A stretch of DNA of 64,000 nucleotides from contig OZ253553.1 of assembly GCA_965262715.1 (NCBI GenBank), positions 2,304,001 to 2,368,000 of the forward strand, written 5' to 3'. The notes under the pieces are model-generated. The model ran no database searches, was not told where the DNA came from, and saw nothing but the letters and a program-made list of their open reading frames with translations. This stretch comes from Bdellovibrionales bacterium (GTDB lineage: Bacteria > Bdellovibrionota > Bdellovibrionia > Bdellovibrionales > JAUICD01). Position numbers and translations under genes: made by a program. This document shows positions 51,621 to 63,364 of the stretch, in pieces; position 1 is the stretch's first letter, and each line of letters opens with the position of its first letter.

Positions 51621-52499
51621 TTATAAGTTATTTTTTAAGCTCAAAATATATTTTTTTAGTTGAGGAGCGATCGTTGGATGTCGTAAGCCAAGTTCTATAT
51701 TAGCGTGTAACAAACCTAGAGGAGCCCCTATATCGTACCTATTTTGTTGAGAAAAGTGAACTGCTAATAATGCATTTTCGTTTGCAAGTTGATTCATAGC
51801 GTCTGTTAAATTTTTGTTTGAACTGCTGTTTTCGAGACATTTAAAAATTTGAGGATTAAAAATATAACGTCCACAGCAAGAAAAAAGACTAGGAGCTTTG
51901 TCTTTTTGAGGTTTTTCTAAGATAGATAACACTGAATGGATATTAGGTGGAAAATGACTTTCTTCTTTAAGTGATGCTATACCATATTTTTCAACATCGT
52001 CCTTATCAACTGTCATAAGTCCTACTAAGGATTTATTGAGATCTTTGAAATGGGAAAGTAAAACTTTTGTAGCATTAGAAGAACCTATAAGAAGTTCATC
52101 TGGTAATAGTACAGCAAAAGGTTCATCTTCAAGAAGGGGCTTAGCACAGTAGATAGCATGTCCTAACCCTAGAGGTTTTTGCTGGCGGATGGAGAAGATA
52201 GAAATGTGTTTTTTGATTTTTTGGATAGATTGAAGGACTGTATCTTGACCTTTTTTTGTTAAGTGGGCTTCTAGTTCAAAAGATGTGTCAAAAAAGTCTT
52301 CTATGGCTGTTTTACCACGGCCTTGTATAAAGATGACTGTTTGGATGCCTGCTTCCATGATTTCTTCTAAAATATAGAGTATGGCTGGTTGATTAACAAC
52401 AGGAAACATTTCTTTAGGGATGGACTTACTGGCAGGTAACAATCGAGTTCCAAGTCCTGCGACAGGTATAATGGCTTTTTTTACTTTTGTTGAGTTCAC
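51621..52499 (-). CDS. galU: UTP--glucose-1-phosphate uridylyltransferase
   Basis: KAIIPVAGLGTRLLPASK.IPKEM.P, RQ..PLGLGHA, FAVLLPD. Confidence 0.95.
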   Translation of the reverse strand: MNSTKVKKAIIPVAGLGTRLLPASKSIPKEMFPVVNQPAILYILEEIMEAGIQTVIFIQGRGKTAIEDFFDTSFELEAHLTKKGQDTVLQSIQKIKKHISIFSIRQQKPLGLGHAIYCAKPLLEDEPFAVLLPDELLIGSSNATKVLLSHFKDLNKSLVGLMTVDKDDVEKYGIASLKEESHFPPNIHSVLSILEKPQKDKAPSLFSCCGRYIFNPQIFKCLENSSSNKNLTDAMNQLANENALLAVHFSQQNRYDIGAPLGLLHANIELGLRHPTIAPQLKKYILSLKNNL

Positions 52500-52879
52500 G
52501 TTAGCACCTCATGTATATCTATAATAATGTAGGTTTAAATAAAAAACACAACTCTTTTAGAGTTATAAGTGCTTTTTAAAAGTTTTATAATGTTAAAATT
52601 AAGATTCCAATAAAAACTTGAAATGGTCAGCTAAAAAGATAAAGTGAAGTAAATTCAATATATTATGATAAGAGTGGCAGAATTTTGCAGCACTATCTTT
52701 TTGTTTTGTGGCCTGGCTTTAGGAAAGATTTAAGTTAATGGCCTTTATCAGAGTCTTTCTATATTTTAATTTTAGGCTAAGCCAACAGATAAATAGATTT
52801 TTTGGTTTGACAGAGAGCATTTATTGATTAATCACAGTAACCTTGTGGCCTTTTTGTGCCTAATTCTGTTTCTTAGAGG

Positions 52880-53944
52880 TTACATCAATGAGCTATGACA
52901 ATTAGGGTTGGTTATAATTGTTTGTGTAAGTATAAGACCCTGACGAGCCTTGGCATGTTTTGGATTGAGTCTTAGGGTTTCATTAAAATCAGGGATAGCC
53001 TCTTGATACTTACCTAATTCTACTTTTGCAAGTCCACGATTGTAATAGGCCTCAGCGTCTCGTGGATTGATTTTTATAGCCTCATCAAAATCTTCGATAG
53101 CCTCTTGATGCTTACCTAATGCTGCTTTTGCAACCCCACGATTACCATAGGTCTTAGTAAGTCGTGGGTTGATTTCTAAGGCTTTATTATAATCCGCAAG
53201 GGCCTCTTCAAACCTGCCTAAATTTGCTTTTGCATTCCCACGATGATAGTATATCTCAGCAAGTTGAGGGTTGATTTCTAAGGTTTTATCAAAATCCGCA
53301 ATCGCCTCTTCAAACCTGCCTAATGCTGCTTTTGCAATCCCACGATGACAATAAGCTTCCGCAATTTGTGGATTGATTTCTATGGCTTTATCATAATCCG
53401 CAATCGCCTCTTCCAGTCTGCCTAATGCTGCTTTTGCAATCCCACGATGACAATAAGCTTCCGCAATTTGTGGATTGATTTCTATGGCTTTATCATAATC
53501 CGCAATCGCCTCTTCCAGTCTGCCTAATGCTGCTTTTATGATCCCCCGATAATAATAGTCCCATGGATGTTGTGGATTGATTTCTATAGCCTTATCAAAA
53601 TCGGCAACGGCTTCTTGGTACCTACCTAAGGTTGCTTTTGCAATCCCACGAGCGTTATAGGCTTCGGCAAATTGTGGATTGAGTTTTATAGCTTTATCAA
53701 AATCAAGGATAGCTTCTTTATACTTTCCTAATTCTACTTTTATAAGTCCACTAATATAATAGTTCTTTGCTGCTTTTATTTGAGAAGTGGATGATTGAGT
53801 TTGCGCTTCTAAGTTATATCCAATAAAGCAGGCACACAATAAAAAGTAAATAGATATTACATGTAAGTTTGTGAAATTCATTGTGATAAATAGCCTTATT
53901 ATAAGGGTCAGAAATCTAAGATTATCATCTCTGGTAAAACACAT
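52880..53944 (-). CDS. Secreted tetratricopeptide-repeat protein (about 8 TPRs; start probably ATG 53881)
   Basis: Repeated AY..RG.AK..LG...EAI.D.DKAIE.NP units; near-exact 102-bp internal tandem. Confidence 0.92.
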   Translation of the reverse strand: MCFTRDDNLRFLTLIIRLFITMNFTNLHVISIYFLLCACFIGYNLEAQTQSSTSQIKAAKNYYISGLIKVELGKYKEAILDFDKAIKLNPQFAEAYNARGIAKATLGRYQEAVADFDKAIEINPQHPWDYYYRGIIKAALGRLEEAIADYDKAIEINPQIAEAYCHRGIAKAALGRLEEAIADYDKAIEINPQIAEAYCHRGIAKAALGRFEEAIADFDKTLEINPQLAEIYYHRGNAKANLGRFEEALADYNKALEINPRLTKTYGNRGVAKAALGKHQEAIEDFDEAIKINPRDAEAYYNRGLAKVELGKYQEAIPDFNETLRLNPKHAKARQGLILTQTIITNPNCHSSLM

Positions 53945-54130
53945 TTCATTTTAAAAAGCAAGAGAAAAAAAATAGAAACATCGATGTAAGCTCGAATTAC
54001 CTTAAGAATATATGTTACTAAGTTATGGGAATGTTATTTTGATTTTAAGATAGTTTGGGAATTGATTAGACAAAGAATTGCTACTGGTTGATCTAGATTT
54101 TTTATTATACCTAGTTCTGTTTCTTAAAGG

Positions 54131-54511
54131 TTACATTAATGATATAGGACAATTAGGGTTGTTTTTAGATGCTTCTATAAGTGATGCAAGACTATGGCGA
54201 GCTTTGGGATGTTGTGGATATATCTTTATGACTTTGTCATAGTCATCAATCGCCTCTTGGTACTTACCTAATCTTTGTTTTGCAAGCGCGCGATTATAAT
54301 ATGCGTCAGCAAGTTGTGGATCAATCTCTAAAGCTTTATCAAAATCCGCAGTCGCTTCATCAAAAGCACCGCGTTCCATTTTTTCAATTCCACTGCTCAA
54401 ATAAGCCTCGGCTGTTTCTGTTTGAGGTTGTGCTTCTAAGTTATATTCAGTCAAACAGATATAAAATAAGAAATAAACAAAAGTTACATATAAGCTTTTA
54501 AAACTCATCAT
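54131..54511 (-). CDS. Short secreted TPR protein, paralog of the neighbouring gene
   Basis: Two TPRs; shares the YNLEAQ leader end and the NPNC..SLM C-terminus. Confidence 0.85.
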   Translation of the reverse strand: MMSFKSLYVTFVYFLFYICLTEYNLEAQPQTETAEAYLSSGIEKMERGAFDEATADFDKALEIDPQLADAYYNRALAKQRLGKYQEAIDDYDKVIKIYPQHPKARHSLASLIEASKNNPNCPISLM

Positions 54512-55063
54512 GAGCCTTATTGTAAAGATTCAAAAAATATCATTTTATCATTTTTGATAAAATATATCCTTTTAACACAAACTCTTTCGAAAAGCAAGCA
54601 AGTAAAAATAGAAGCTCTGGTGAATTTCTTATAATGTACTTAAGTGAAAGATGCTTTTTGTAAAAAATACAGAGTGATAAGATTTTTGTCCTATAAGTTT
54701 TATAGAGGTTGTGCTGTGAAGAAAAGATAAATATTCAGATAGGATTATTGGCTTTTAATATAGAATGGGGCTCTTTTTACAAAATTTGATAAATCGCTAA
54801 AAGCTATCTTCTCTTTCATGTTCAAGGCTTAGTCTTTATATCTGAATTCATCGGGTGAGTCCAATGATTAAATTAAATAGCTAAGGGTCAAAACTCGTTC
54901 TTTTGTGAGCTTAGGGTTTGTAAAAAATTCACACTAAATGTATACCTATTTTTGTATTTAATGCATTTTCAACACTTCAGTTGAGGATTGCAATAGGTTA
55001 TGGTATGCTTAAGAACTAAGTGAGTATAATAAAAAAGGCAAGAAACTGAATTAGGTATAAATT

Positions 55064-56311
55064 ATGCAATACATTTATTTAGATCATAATGCTACAGCTC
55101 CTCTTGATAGCGGTATTTCTTCTAAGTTAGAGGAGTGGTCTGACATTTGGGGTAATCCCAGTTCAACTCATTTGCTAGGTAGATCTATTAAGTCTGCTGT
55201 GAGGAAAAGTCGCTTAAAAATAGCTGATCTTATAGGGGCAAAACCTTTAGAAGTTATTTTTACATCTGGAGGCTCTGAGTCCAATAACCATGTTATTGAG
55301 GGAGTTTATTTTCATAATCAAAAATACAATAAATCTAAAAATCATTTTTTGGTTGGAGCAGCCGAGCATCCTTCAACTTTGAAAGCTTTTGAATTTATAG
55401 AATCTTTAGGTGCAAGGGTTGAGATCATTCCTGTTGATAGGAAAGGTTATGTTGATCTTGAGGCTTTAAAAGAGGGTATTCGTCCTGATACAGCTCTTGT
55501 TTCGTTTATGTTAGCTCAAAATGAAACTGGCCATATTTATCCTATTAAAAAAATGGCTAAATTAGCTCATCAAAAACAAGCCCTTTTTCATTCAGATTGC
55601 GTGCAAGGTTTAGGTAAAATGCCTCTTTCTGTATCTGATTTGGATTTGGATGTTGATTTTGCTAGTTTTTCATCTCATAAATTTTATGCCCTTAAAGGAT
55701 TTGGAGTAACTTATATAAAGACAGGTCATGTTCTTTCGTCTCTGATTCATGGAGGGAGACAAGAGAGGAGCCGAAGAGCTGGAACAGAAAATACGCTAGG
55801 TATGATGGCACTTGCTTATATGGCTGAAAAAAAGTCACAGATTCAAGAAGCGCGTTTAAGAATGCAAAACATAAGAGATGAGATGGAGAAAAAAATTGCT
55901 CAAATTAAAGGTATTAGTGTTTTACAAGGCTCAAAAAGGCTTTGCAACACCTCTCATTTTAGTATAGATGATATTGATGGAGAGACACTTCTGATTAATT
56001 TAGATCTTTTGGGTTTTGCTGTAAGTACGGGAGCCGCTTGCAGTTCTGGTCAACAAGAATCAAGCCCAGCCTTAAGAGCTATGGGGCTGAGCAATAAGGA
56101 AGCGCAAAATAGTTTAAGGGTGAGTTTAGGGTGGCAGTCTACACAGAAAGAAGTAGATGCCTTTTGTGTGGCACTTCAGAGCGTTATTTGTAGACTTAGA
56201 AGTCATCAAAATGCATCAACAAAGAAGTTATTGCAACCATCATCCAGTGTTAAAAAAATCAAACCATCTGTAGAAAAACATGAACACAAAGAAGATAGAC
56301 CCTATTGTTAA
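55064..56311 (+). CDS. iscS: Cysteine desulfurase (IscS/NifS family)
   Basis: [43 protein letters not shown]; adjacent to mnmA. Confidence 0.9.
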   Translation: MQYIYLDHNATAPLDSGISSKLEEWSDIWGNPSSTHLLGRSIKSAVRKSRLKIADLIGAKPLEVIFTSGGSESNNHVIEGVYFHNQKYNKSKNHFLVGAAEHPSTLKAFEFIESLGARVEIIPVDRKGYVDLEALKEGIRPDTALVSFMLAQNETGHIYPIKKMAKLAHQKQALFHSDCVQGLGKMPLSVSDLDLDVDFASFSSHKFYALKGFGVTYIKTGHVLSSLIHGGRQERSRRAGTENTLGMMALAYMAEKKSQIQEARLRMQNIRDEMEKKIAQIKGISVLQGSKRLCNTSHFSIDDIDGETLLINLDLLGFAVSTGAACSSGQQESSPALRAMGLSNKEAQNSLRVSLGWQSTQKEVDAFCVALQSVICRLRSHQNASTKKLLQPSSSVKKIKPSVEKHEHKEDRPYC

Positions 56312-57413
56312 TTTTTCCTCAAGCAAAAAAGTGCCTAGAGTGCTTGTGGCTATGAGTGGCGGAGTAGATAGCTCTGTGGTGGCAGCCCTGCTTGTTGAGC
56401 AAGGTTATGAGGTGATTGGTGTGACTATGCAGGTCTGGGATTATTCAAAACACTGTGAAATAGAAGAAGGAAATGGCACATGTTGTTCAAGTATAGATGT
56501 AGAAGATGCTAGAGATGTAGCAGATAAAATAGGTATTCCTTTTTATGTGCTTAATTGTGAAAGTAGCTTTAAAACTAATGTTATTGATCCTTTTATATCA
56601 GATTACTTAAAAGGACGTACTCCACTACCTTGTGTTAATTGTAATACTTTTTTGAAGTTTGATCATCTTTTTCAAAAGATGTGGGATTTAGATTGTGACT
56701 TTTTAGCAACAGGTCATTATGCTCAGAAAACTCGTTTAAAAGATGAAAGTTATGGCATTCAGACAAGTGAAGATTCCTGGAAAGATCAAACTTATTTTTT
56801 ATTTACAATGGATAAGAAGCGTATTTCAAAGTTGCTTTTTCCTATTGGTCATCTACAAAAATCTCAAGTTCGTAAGTATGCTGAAAAGTTTAATTTAATC
56901 AATGCTCACAAAAAAGACAGTACAGGCATTTGCTTTGTTGGTAAGAAAGGTTATGGAGCTTTTATTGAAGAGCATATTAGTAAAGACGATATTAAAAAAG
57001 GAAATATTTGTCTTTACCCTACAGGAGAAGGTTTAGGAAAGCATCAAGGGATACATCACTTTACCTATGGTCAAAGGAGAGGACTTGGTGTGGATTATGG
57101 AAATGACCCTCTTTATGTTATCAAAGTAGATGGTCGTAGCCATACTGTATGGGTAGGTGAAGAAAAATATTTGATGAGTGATCGTATGCAAGTAGAAAAT
57201 GTGAATTTTTTAGATGACATAAAAGACGGTGAGAAATTAAGAGTTAAAGTTCGATATCAACATATCGGAGACTGGGCTTATTGTTCAAAAGATAAAGATG
57301 ACTTAAATAAACTTTCTATTAATTTTGAAAAGCCACAGAGGGCTATCACTCCTGGCCAAGCAGCTGTATTTTACAGGGATAAACAGCTTGTAGGTGGTGG
57401 CTGGATTATTTAA
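56280..57413 (+). CDS. mnmA: tRNA 2-thiouridylase
   Basis: [45 protein letters not shown]. Confidence 0.97.
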   Translation: MNTKKIDPIVNFSSSKKVPRVLVAMSGGVDSSVVAALLVEQGYEVIGVTMQVWDYSKHCEIEEGNGTCCSSIDVEDARDVADKIGIPFYVLNCESSFKTNVIDPFISDYLKGRTPLPCVNCNTFLKFDHLFQKMWDLDCDFLATGHYAQKTRLKDESYGIQTSEDSWKDQTYFLFTMDKKRISKLLFPIGHLQKSQVRKYAEKFNLINAHKKDSTGICFVGKKGYGAFIEEHISKDDIKKGNICLYPTGEGLGKHQGIHHFTYGQRRGLGVDYGNDPLYVIKVDGRSHTVWVGEEKYLMSDRMQVENVNFLDDIKDGEKLRVKVRYQHIGDWAYCSKDKDDLNKLSINFEKPQRAITPGQAAVFYRDKQLVGGGWII

Positions 57414-57487
57414 TTATCCCTAATAAGTATTGATTTGTCAGGATATCGAAGTTAATCAAACATTTTGTTAAAACTATATAATATAAT

Positions 57488-57798
57488 TAGAAGTGGTCTC
57501 AAAAATGCTATGTCTATTATTGGAACTTATCTTATATAAAGATCTCGTAATTGATCTGAAGTATGATTAACAATACAGCTTCTCTCAATGATCTAGGTTA
57601 TAACAAGCTTCTTTTATAGGCAGCAGGCAGTCTCTTGTGTACCTTGTATTGTTGTCATTTTATGATTTTATTATAGAATAAAATATTTTAATGAAGAATT
57701 TGTTTCTTAAGGTACTGTCTCCACGCCTATTGCAGAAGCTTGCCATAACCTATCTTAAGTATTGCAAAATACAAACCTTATTTTTGAGACAATTTCTA
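57488..57798. mobile_element. MITE-like element with 19-bp imperfect terminal IRs
   Basis: tagaagtggtctcaaaaat / atttttgagacaatttcta (17/19); related solo end at about 32648-32675. Confidence 0.5.
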
Positions 57799-58110
57799 TA
57801 TAAAAAAAAGTCTTTCCTTAGTGTGTAAATATTACAAATAACCATGAATGGGTTACATAGTAAGTATGAAGGGTTTACATAACAAAAAAAGACTTTACTT
57901 AATGACTACAAAAAGATATATATGGCTACAATTTTACATAAAGGTTAAGTATATGAGCAATTACCTTGTAAGGAACTGGCCTGAGATAGCTTGCCACAGC
58001 TATATTAAAAGCCTACTACATGCTTATATGTTGAGTGTTCTACATGTATTTACACAGCAAAGTATATATATAACTTAGTTTTTTAAAACTTTAAGAGAAG
58101 GAGATGTGAA

Positions 58111-58707
58111 ATGAATTTTAAGTTGAGAGTTTTTAATAATTTTTTTAGAAATAAAGCCCTTCCTTTGATGGTGCTTATGAGTTTTCTAAGTCAGATTTCT
58201 ATTGCTCAAAATGATATACAAGGCACTATTACTGTAAATGGAACAGAGTTTTCATCGGTAGGAGCATTTAATTATAATTTTTCTTTATCAACCTTACTCC
58301 TTAATCAGATAGGCGAACCCTTTGATGTCGAGAAACTTTATGATGGTGAGGAGATGATGAGTGCAGCTGAAGATATCTATCAACCTTTTATCGAAACGGG
58401 GTTAGATTATCGGCTCTTCTTTCATGAATATTCTTTAACGCCCTTGATATACGCAGTTGTGAATGAAGATGTAGATGCTGTTAATTCTATCATGGAACAA
58501 GAAGGAGTCAATCCTGACTTACAGGATAGTAATGGTTTAACAGCGCTTATATGGGCAGTTATAATAGGTAATGAGGGTATGGTTAGAGCTTTTGTTGATG
58601 CTGGGGCTGATATGTAATTACAAGGGGATGTAGCAATCCAGTATGCAGAGAAAACAGGGAATCGACAGGTTGCTGATTATCTTAGAGAAGTTATGGAGAA
58701 TTATTAA
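58111..58707 (+). pseudogene. Secreted ankyrin-repeat protein with a premature stop at 58615-58617
   Basis: TPLIYAV and GLTALIWAV ankyrin motifs. The frame continues GADM*LQGDVAIQYAEKTGNRQVADYLREVMENY* to 58707, followed by a terminator. Confidence 0.75.
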
Positions 58708-58746
58708 ATGAGATTGCAGAAAGTTTTTGTAAACTTCTCTTAAACT

Positions 58747-58783
58747 GATAAATCCAACCTTTTCGTAGAAGGTTGGATTTATC
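58747..58783. terminator. Hairpin terminator
   Basis: gataaatccaacctt-ttcgtag-aaggttggatttatc. Confidence 0.7.
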
Positions 58784-59268
58784 TTAGAATATGTTATTAA
58801 TAATAGCTTTCAAAAGGTATAATACCCATTTGGATATTCGCTGTTAGTTGGTGTGGTCGCTCTGGTTAACAAGGATATATCTTATATAAGCACAGTAATT
58901 GCTTCTATTACAATCTAAGTCTATTACGTTGAACCTATCTATTGTTGATGGAAGTTTTTCATGGTTTCTATAAAGCGTGCAGTTGAATAACACATTTACT
59001 TTGTAAAGCGAACATCATTACTCCGGTAGATTTTTCGAAAGAAGGACAATTATTTAAATTTATTAGTGGAATATGCTGGCAAATACTTTACTCTGTAGTT
59101 TGATATGAATCAACATATCGTTATGGTAATAATTTTTTAAAAATTATTATATTTTGGCTCAGAGAAAGCCCTTTAAGGCTCATGGTGGTTTAAAAAACAT
59201 CAAAAAACTCTACAAAAATAGGTGATAGTTAGTTATAAAGTAATAGTATGTAAAATAAGAGGGCAATT

Positions 59269-60618
59269 ATGAGTAAGGTATTTGCAGAAGATAATGTAAG
59301 TAAAAGATGGACTTATAAGATTCATACTTTTGGTTGTAAGGTGAATACCTATGATACGAGTTTGTTAGAAGGACACTTTAAAGATTCTTATTTTTCACCT
59401 TCTCAAGATCCAGATATTCATATTTTCAATACTTGTGCTGTTACACATGAAGCCATTAAAAAAGCTCAAAAACAGATACGTAAGATGAAATCTAAAAAAC
59501 CAGATATAAAAGTGATTGTCACAGGTTGTGGTGCTCAAGTGGACACAGATCAATTTTCTCATTTTAAAGAAGTTGACCTAATAGTGGCTAATAGTCATAA
59601 AGGCAAGTTAAAAGAATATCTTTCTTGCTTGATGGAAGGTCAGATGCATCAACGTATTTTAAAATCTAATATTTTTCAAAAGACAGATATGGAGTTTGGA
59701 GGTGGCCTTAAAAGCGGTAGAACAAGAGCCTTTTTAAAAATTCAGGATGGTTGTAATAGCTTTTGCACTTACTGTGTGATTCCTTTTGCTAGAGGAAAAA
59801 GCCGGAGTTTAAGTATTAATCTTCTTTGTGAAAAAATTTGTCAATTTCATAGTGAAGGCATTCAAGAAGTAGTATTGACTGGTGTACATATTGGAGATTA
59901 TCGTTATCAAGATAACGAAGGAAAAGTTTTCTTATTAGAGCATTTATTACAAGCTGTATTAGAGAGGACTTCTATACCTCGCATACGTTTAACAAGTTTA
60001 GAGCCTTTAGAACTGACAGATCATTTGATGGAACTTTATCAAGATCCTCGTATGTGTCCCCATTTTCATATGAGCATTCAAAGCGCATCAACAAAAACTT
60101 TAAATAAAATGCGTAGGAAATACACTGATACAGATGTGCAAAAAGCACTGTTGATGATTGAACGAAAAATTCCAAATGCTTTTGTAGGAATGGATGTGAT
60201 TGTTGGTTTTACTGGAGAATCAAAAAAGGATTTTCAACAAACTTATACAAATCTTCAAAACTTGCCATGGAATTTCATTCATGTATTTCCTTATAGTGAA
60301 AGACCTGGGACAAGAGCTTCTAAATGGTTAGATGATATTTCAATTGTGGAAAAAAAAGAACGCTCTCAAAAGCTAAGAGACTTAAGTCAAAAGCGTTATT
60401 TAGAAAAAGCTTTAAAACAGGTTGGTAGTAAAAAGAAAGTCTTAGCTCTTAAAGAACAGAAAGGATTTCAAAAATTACTTTCAAGAGACTATTGGAAGTG
60501 CATGTTATCAGAAAATATAATAGATTCTAAATATCAAAATCAGGAGTTAGAGGTTCAGGTCACAGGTCATCAAATAGTATCAGGAAATGTATTTCTAAAA
60601 GCTAGAATCTTGTCTTAA
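59269..60618 (+). CDS. mtaB: tRNA t6A37 methylthiotransferase
   Basis: TFGCKVN.YD, NTCAVT, RTRAFLKIQDGCNSFCTYCVIPFARG, HVFPYS.RPGT. Confidence 0.93.
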   Translation: MSKVFAEDNVSKRWTYKIHTFGCKVNTYDTSLLEGHFKDSYFSPSQDPDIHIFNTCAVTHEAIKKAQKQIRKMKSKKPDIKVIVTGCGAQVDTDQFSHFKEVDLIVANSHKGKLKEYLSCLMEGQMHQRILKSNIFQKTDMEFGGGLKSGRTRAFLKIQDGCNSFCTYCVIPFARGKSRSLSINLLCEKICQFHSEGIQEVVLTGVHIGDYRYQDNEGKVFLLEHLLQAVLERTSIPRIRLTSLEPLELTDHLMELYQDPRMCPHFHMSIQSASTKTLNKMRRKYTDTDVQKALLMIERKIPNAFVGMDVIVGFTGESKKDFQQTYTNLQNLPWNFIHVFPYSERPGTRASKWLDDISIVEKKERSQKLRDLSQKRYLEKALKQVGSKKKVLALKEQKGFQKLLSRDYWKCMLSENIIDSKYQNQELEVQVTGHQIVSGNVFLKARILS

Positions 60619-60942
60619 AGAAGAAGGTTCATGATGGATTGTAGGCTTATGGCTTTGTAGTTGACGATGTATCATCCTTGTAATTTTAAAACTATATTTT
60701 GAATTTGCAAGGATAAAATACAACAAAATGCCTGATTTCCTTAATTGAAATCAGTAAATAATGAGGTAATATGTAGTTAAATAGGGTATTTTTTATATTT
60801 TATTACCCTTTTTCAATTTCTGATATCAGGAAGGAATGTCCAGAAATTAGTCATGATATGATCCGTAAATGCCTAAGACTATATAGGAAGCAATACAAAG
60901 TGGATTAAACTTAAATTAATAGGGTAATTAAGAGAAAACAAT

Positions 60943-61644
60943 ATGCAGTCTATAGAAAATTATTTAAATTATCAATTTAAAAACACTGACCTTTTACAAG
61001 AGGCTTTGACTCATAGAAGTTTTGCCAATGAAGAAGGTAATGTTCGAGATAACGAGCGGTTGGAGTTTTTAGGAGATGCTGTTTTGCAACTTGCTATGAC
61101 AGATATCCTTATGGAAAAATTTTCTAAAGATACAGAAGGAGATCTTTCTCAAAAAAGAGCATATCTTGTAGGTGAACCTTGTTTAGCTTCTATAGCTAAA
61201 AGACTTAAAGTACAAGAGTTTCTTTCTTTAGGGAAAGGTGAGATGTTAACAGAGGGGCATAAAAAGCCCCGCTTATTAGCTTCTGCCCTAGAAGCTATTA
61301 TTGGAGCTATTTATATAGACTCTGATTTGTCTGTAAGCACGGAATTTATAAGAAATGTTTTTAATAAAGAATTAGAAAATATCTCTGATGAATTTTCTCA
61401 AACAGATGTTGTAGACTTTAAAACTCAATTGCAAGAACAAGTATGGCAAATTTATCAATGTGTGCCTAAATATGTACTCACAAAATCTGAAGGCCCAGAT
61501 CATAATCGTATTTTTTATATGGATGTGTTGGTTGATGGAAAAGTTATCACAAAAGGGTATGGTAAAAGCAAAAAAGAAGCTCAGCAAATGGCAGCTCAAA
61601 AAGCTCTGCAAATCATACTTAAAGATTCTAAACCTATATCATGA
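60943..61644 (+). CDS. rnc: Ribonuclease III
   Basis: ALTHRS, NERLEFLGDAVL, dsRBD with G.SKKEAQQ.AA. Confidence 0.98.
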   Translation: MQSIENYLNYQFKNTDLLQEALTHRSFANEEGNVRDNERLEFLGDAVLQLAMTDILMEKFSKDTEGDLSQKRAYLVGEPCLASIAKRLKVQEFLSLGKGEMLTEGHKKPRLLASALEAIIGAIYIDSDLSVSTEFIRNVFNKELENISDEFSQTDVVDFKTQLQEQVWQIYQCVPKYVLTKSEGPDHNRIFYMDVLVDGKVITKGYGKSKKEAQQMAAQKALQIILKDSKPIS

Positions 61645-61770
61645 GAATTAATATTTCTTATTGAAAGTGATTGAAATTCCAAAAGCAGCAAAAAAAAGCA
61701 TAAAGAGTAAGTGTTCTATTGACTTTTCTGTCAATTTGAAGTAGTCTTTATGTCCATGAAATAGTTTCTT

Positions 61771-62739
61771 ATGATTATAAAGAAAAATACATATATTTTG
61801 GCTATGCTTTTATTTTTAATTTTAGATAAAAGTTATGCAGAAATAGACACATGCGCAGAGGCTTTAGGATTAGGAGAAGAACTTAGAGCTTTTTATGCTC
61901 AGCGTGAAATTTTTTTAAGGGTTCCCTCTTCTGATAATGTTGATAAGCTTAATAAAAATTATAACGATCTTTGGGAGAAGTCTGACAGTATTCCAAATAC
62001 AGAGCTGCATATAGCTGCTTACGAGAGTGACATTTTTGCAATAAGGTTTCTTATATCTAATGGTATGCCAATAGATATCTTAGGACGAAGAGGTGTAACT
62101 GCTTTAAGTGTTGCCGCTATGTATGGTCGTATAAATGCCATTGATTTCTTGTTAGACTTAGGTGCAAACGTTAATGCTCCTGATGTAGTGGGTACGCCTC
62201 CTCTACATTACGCAGCTGGTGACGGTCATATTGGCGCAGCTCTTCGGTTACTTGAAAGAGGTGCCGATATCAATCAGGCAAATCTTGTCGATGAAACTGC
62301 TATAATGTCTTCAGTTAGGGGTGAATATCAAGATATGCAAGATTGGACTCTTCTTCACATGGCTATCATTTACCCTGAAGTAACAGACCGAGCTGGTATG
62401 GTTGAGGCAATTTTAGATTTGGACAATATATGGCCAGCTATAATTAATTGGCCAGAGCCTGTTTATAGTGGTACTCCACTACATTGGGCTGCCTATGAAG
62501 GTGATATTGATGTGATAAATGTTCTTTTAGAAAAAGGAGCAGTGCTTACTAGTGTTAATAAAGATGGAGAAATTCCTCTTCATGTGGCAGCTCGTGAGGA
62601 TCAAGTAGATGCTTTTTTAATGTTAAGAGATGCTAATCCTGCTTCACTTGATGTTAAAGATAGTGAAGGTTTAACACCTATAGATACAGCAGCAAGACAT
62701 AGCTCTCAAAAAATACTTTCAGTTTTAGGTCTCTTATAA
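61771..62739 (+). CDS. Secreted ankyrin-repeat protein
   Basis: Signal peptide and multiple ankyrin motifs (T.LH.AA, GANVN, GTPLHWAA). Confidence 0.9.
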   Translation: MIIKKNTYILAMLLFLILDKSYAEIDTCAEALGLGEELRAFYAQREIFLRVPSSDNVDKLNKNYNDLWEKSDSIPNTELHIAAYESDIFAIRFLISNGMPIDILGRRGVTALSVAAMYGRINAIDFLLDLGANVNAPDVVGTPPLHYAAGDGHIGAALRLLERGADINQANLVDETAIMSSVRGEYQDMQDWTLLHMAIIYPEVTDRAGMVEAILDLDNIWPAIINWPEPVYSGTPLHWAAYEGDIDVINVLLEKGAVLTSVNKDGEIPLHVAAREDQVDAFLMLRDANPASLDVKDSEGLTPIDTAARHSSQKILSVLGLL

Positions 62740-62756
62740 TCTTTGGTAAATTGATG

Positions 62757-63329
62757 TTATTGGTTTGATAAGAAAGCTAGGGTTTTTTTAACACCTTCTT
62801 CTAATGAAGAGTCTTTAGGGATATGTAAAATAGCTCTTTCTATATCTGGCATTTTATATCCTAAATTCATTAATGCTGAAGCAATAGTTTGGTGTTTTGA
62901 TAAAGCTTCTTTTTTGATATTTTCTATTATACTTAACTGACTTTTTAACTTAAATATAATTTGCTCAGCCATCTTTTGACCCACTTTAGGTAAGGCGCTT
63001 AGACTTTTAATATCTCTTGATTGAATCATTGCAATGATTTGATCTGTTGGCACACTTGAGGATAAGATTTGTATAGCTTTTTTTGGTCCAATGCGATCTA
63101 CCTTGAGCAAAGACACAAAAAGATGTCTTTGCTCTTTTGTCAAAAAACCAAATAAAGTGATAGCGTCATCTCTTACAACTGTATGAATCCAAAAGCTTGT
63201 GTGTGCATCTAAAGTGAGATCATCTAAAGTTACACTAGGCACAAAAACTTCGTAACCAACTCCTTTTGTTAAGAGAGTTACAGAGTCTTTTCCAAGATAA
63301 ATCAACTGACCTTGTAAAAAAGCAATCAG
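62757..63329 (-). CDS. ruvA: Holliday junction branch migration protein RuvA (probable CTG start)
   Basis: GVGYEV, VRDDAITLFGF, IGPK.A, PKVG.K.A..I, AL..LGY. AGGAG RBS precedes CTG-ATT-GCT-TTT-TTA-CAA-GGT. Confidence 0.93.
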   Translation of the reverse strand: MIAFLQGQLIYLGKDSVTLLTKGVGYEVFVPSVTLDDLTLDAHTSFWIHTVVRDDAITLFGFLTKEQRHLFVSLLKVDRIGPKKAIQILSSSVPTDQIIAMIQSRDIKSLSALPKVGQKMAEQIIFKLKSQLSIIENIKKEALSKHQTIASALMNLGYKMPDIERAILHIPKDSSLEEGVKKTLAFLSNQ

Positions 63330-63364
63330 TTTTGACTCCTTTCTCTAAAAGGTATAGTAATCAC

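Noticed and set aside
52880..53944. Diversity-generating retroelement in the TPR or RCC1 repeats
   Set aside because: No reverse transcriptase is present and no adenine-specific mismatch pattern was seen.
54520..55060. Long intergenic stretches (also 58790-59260 and 60620-60940) as ncRNA or riboswitch
   Set aside because: No recognisable motif; multiple stops in the frames tried. Probably decayed coding DNA.
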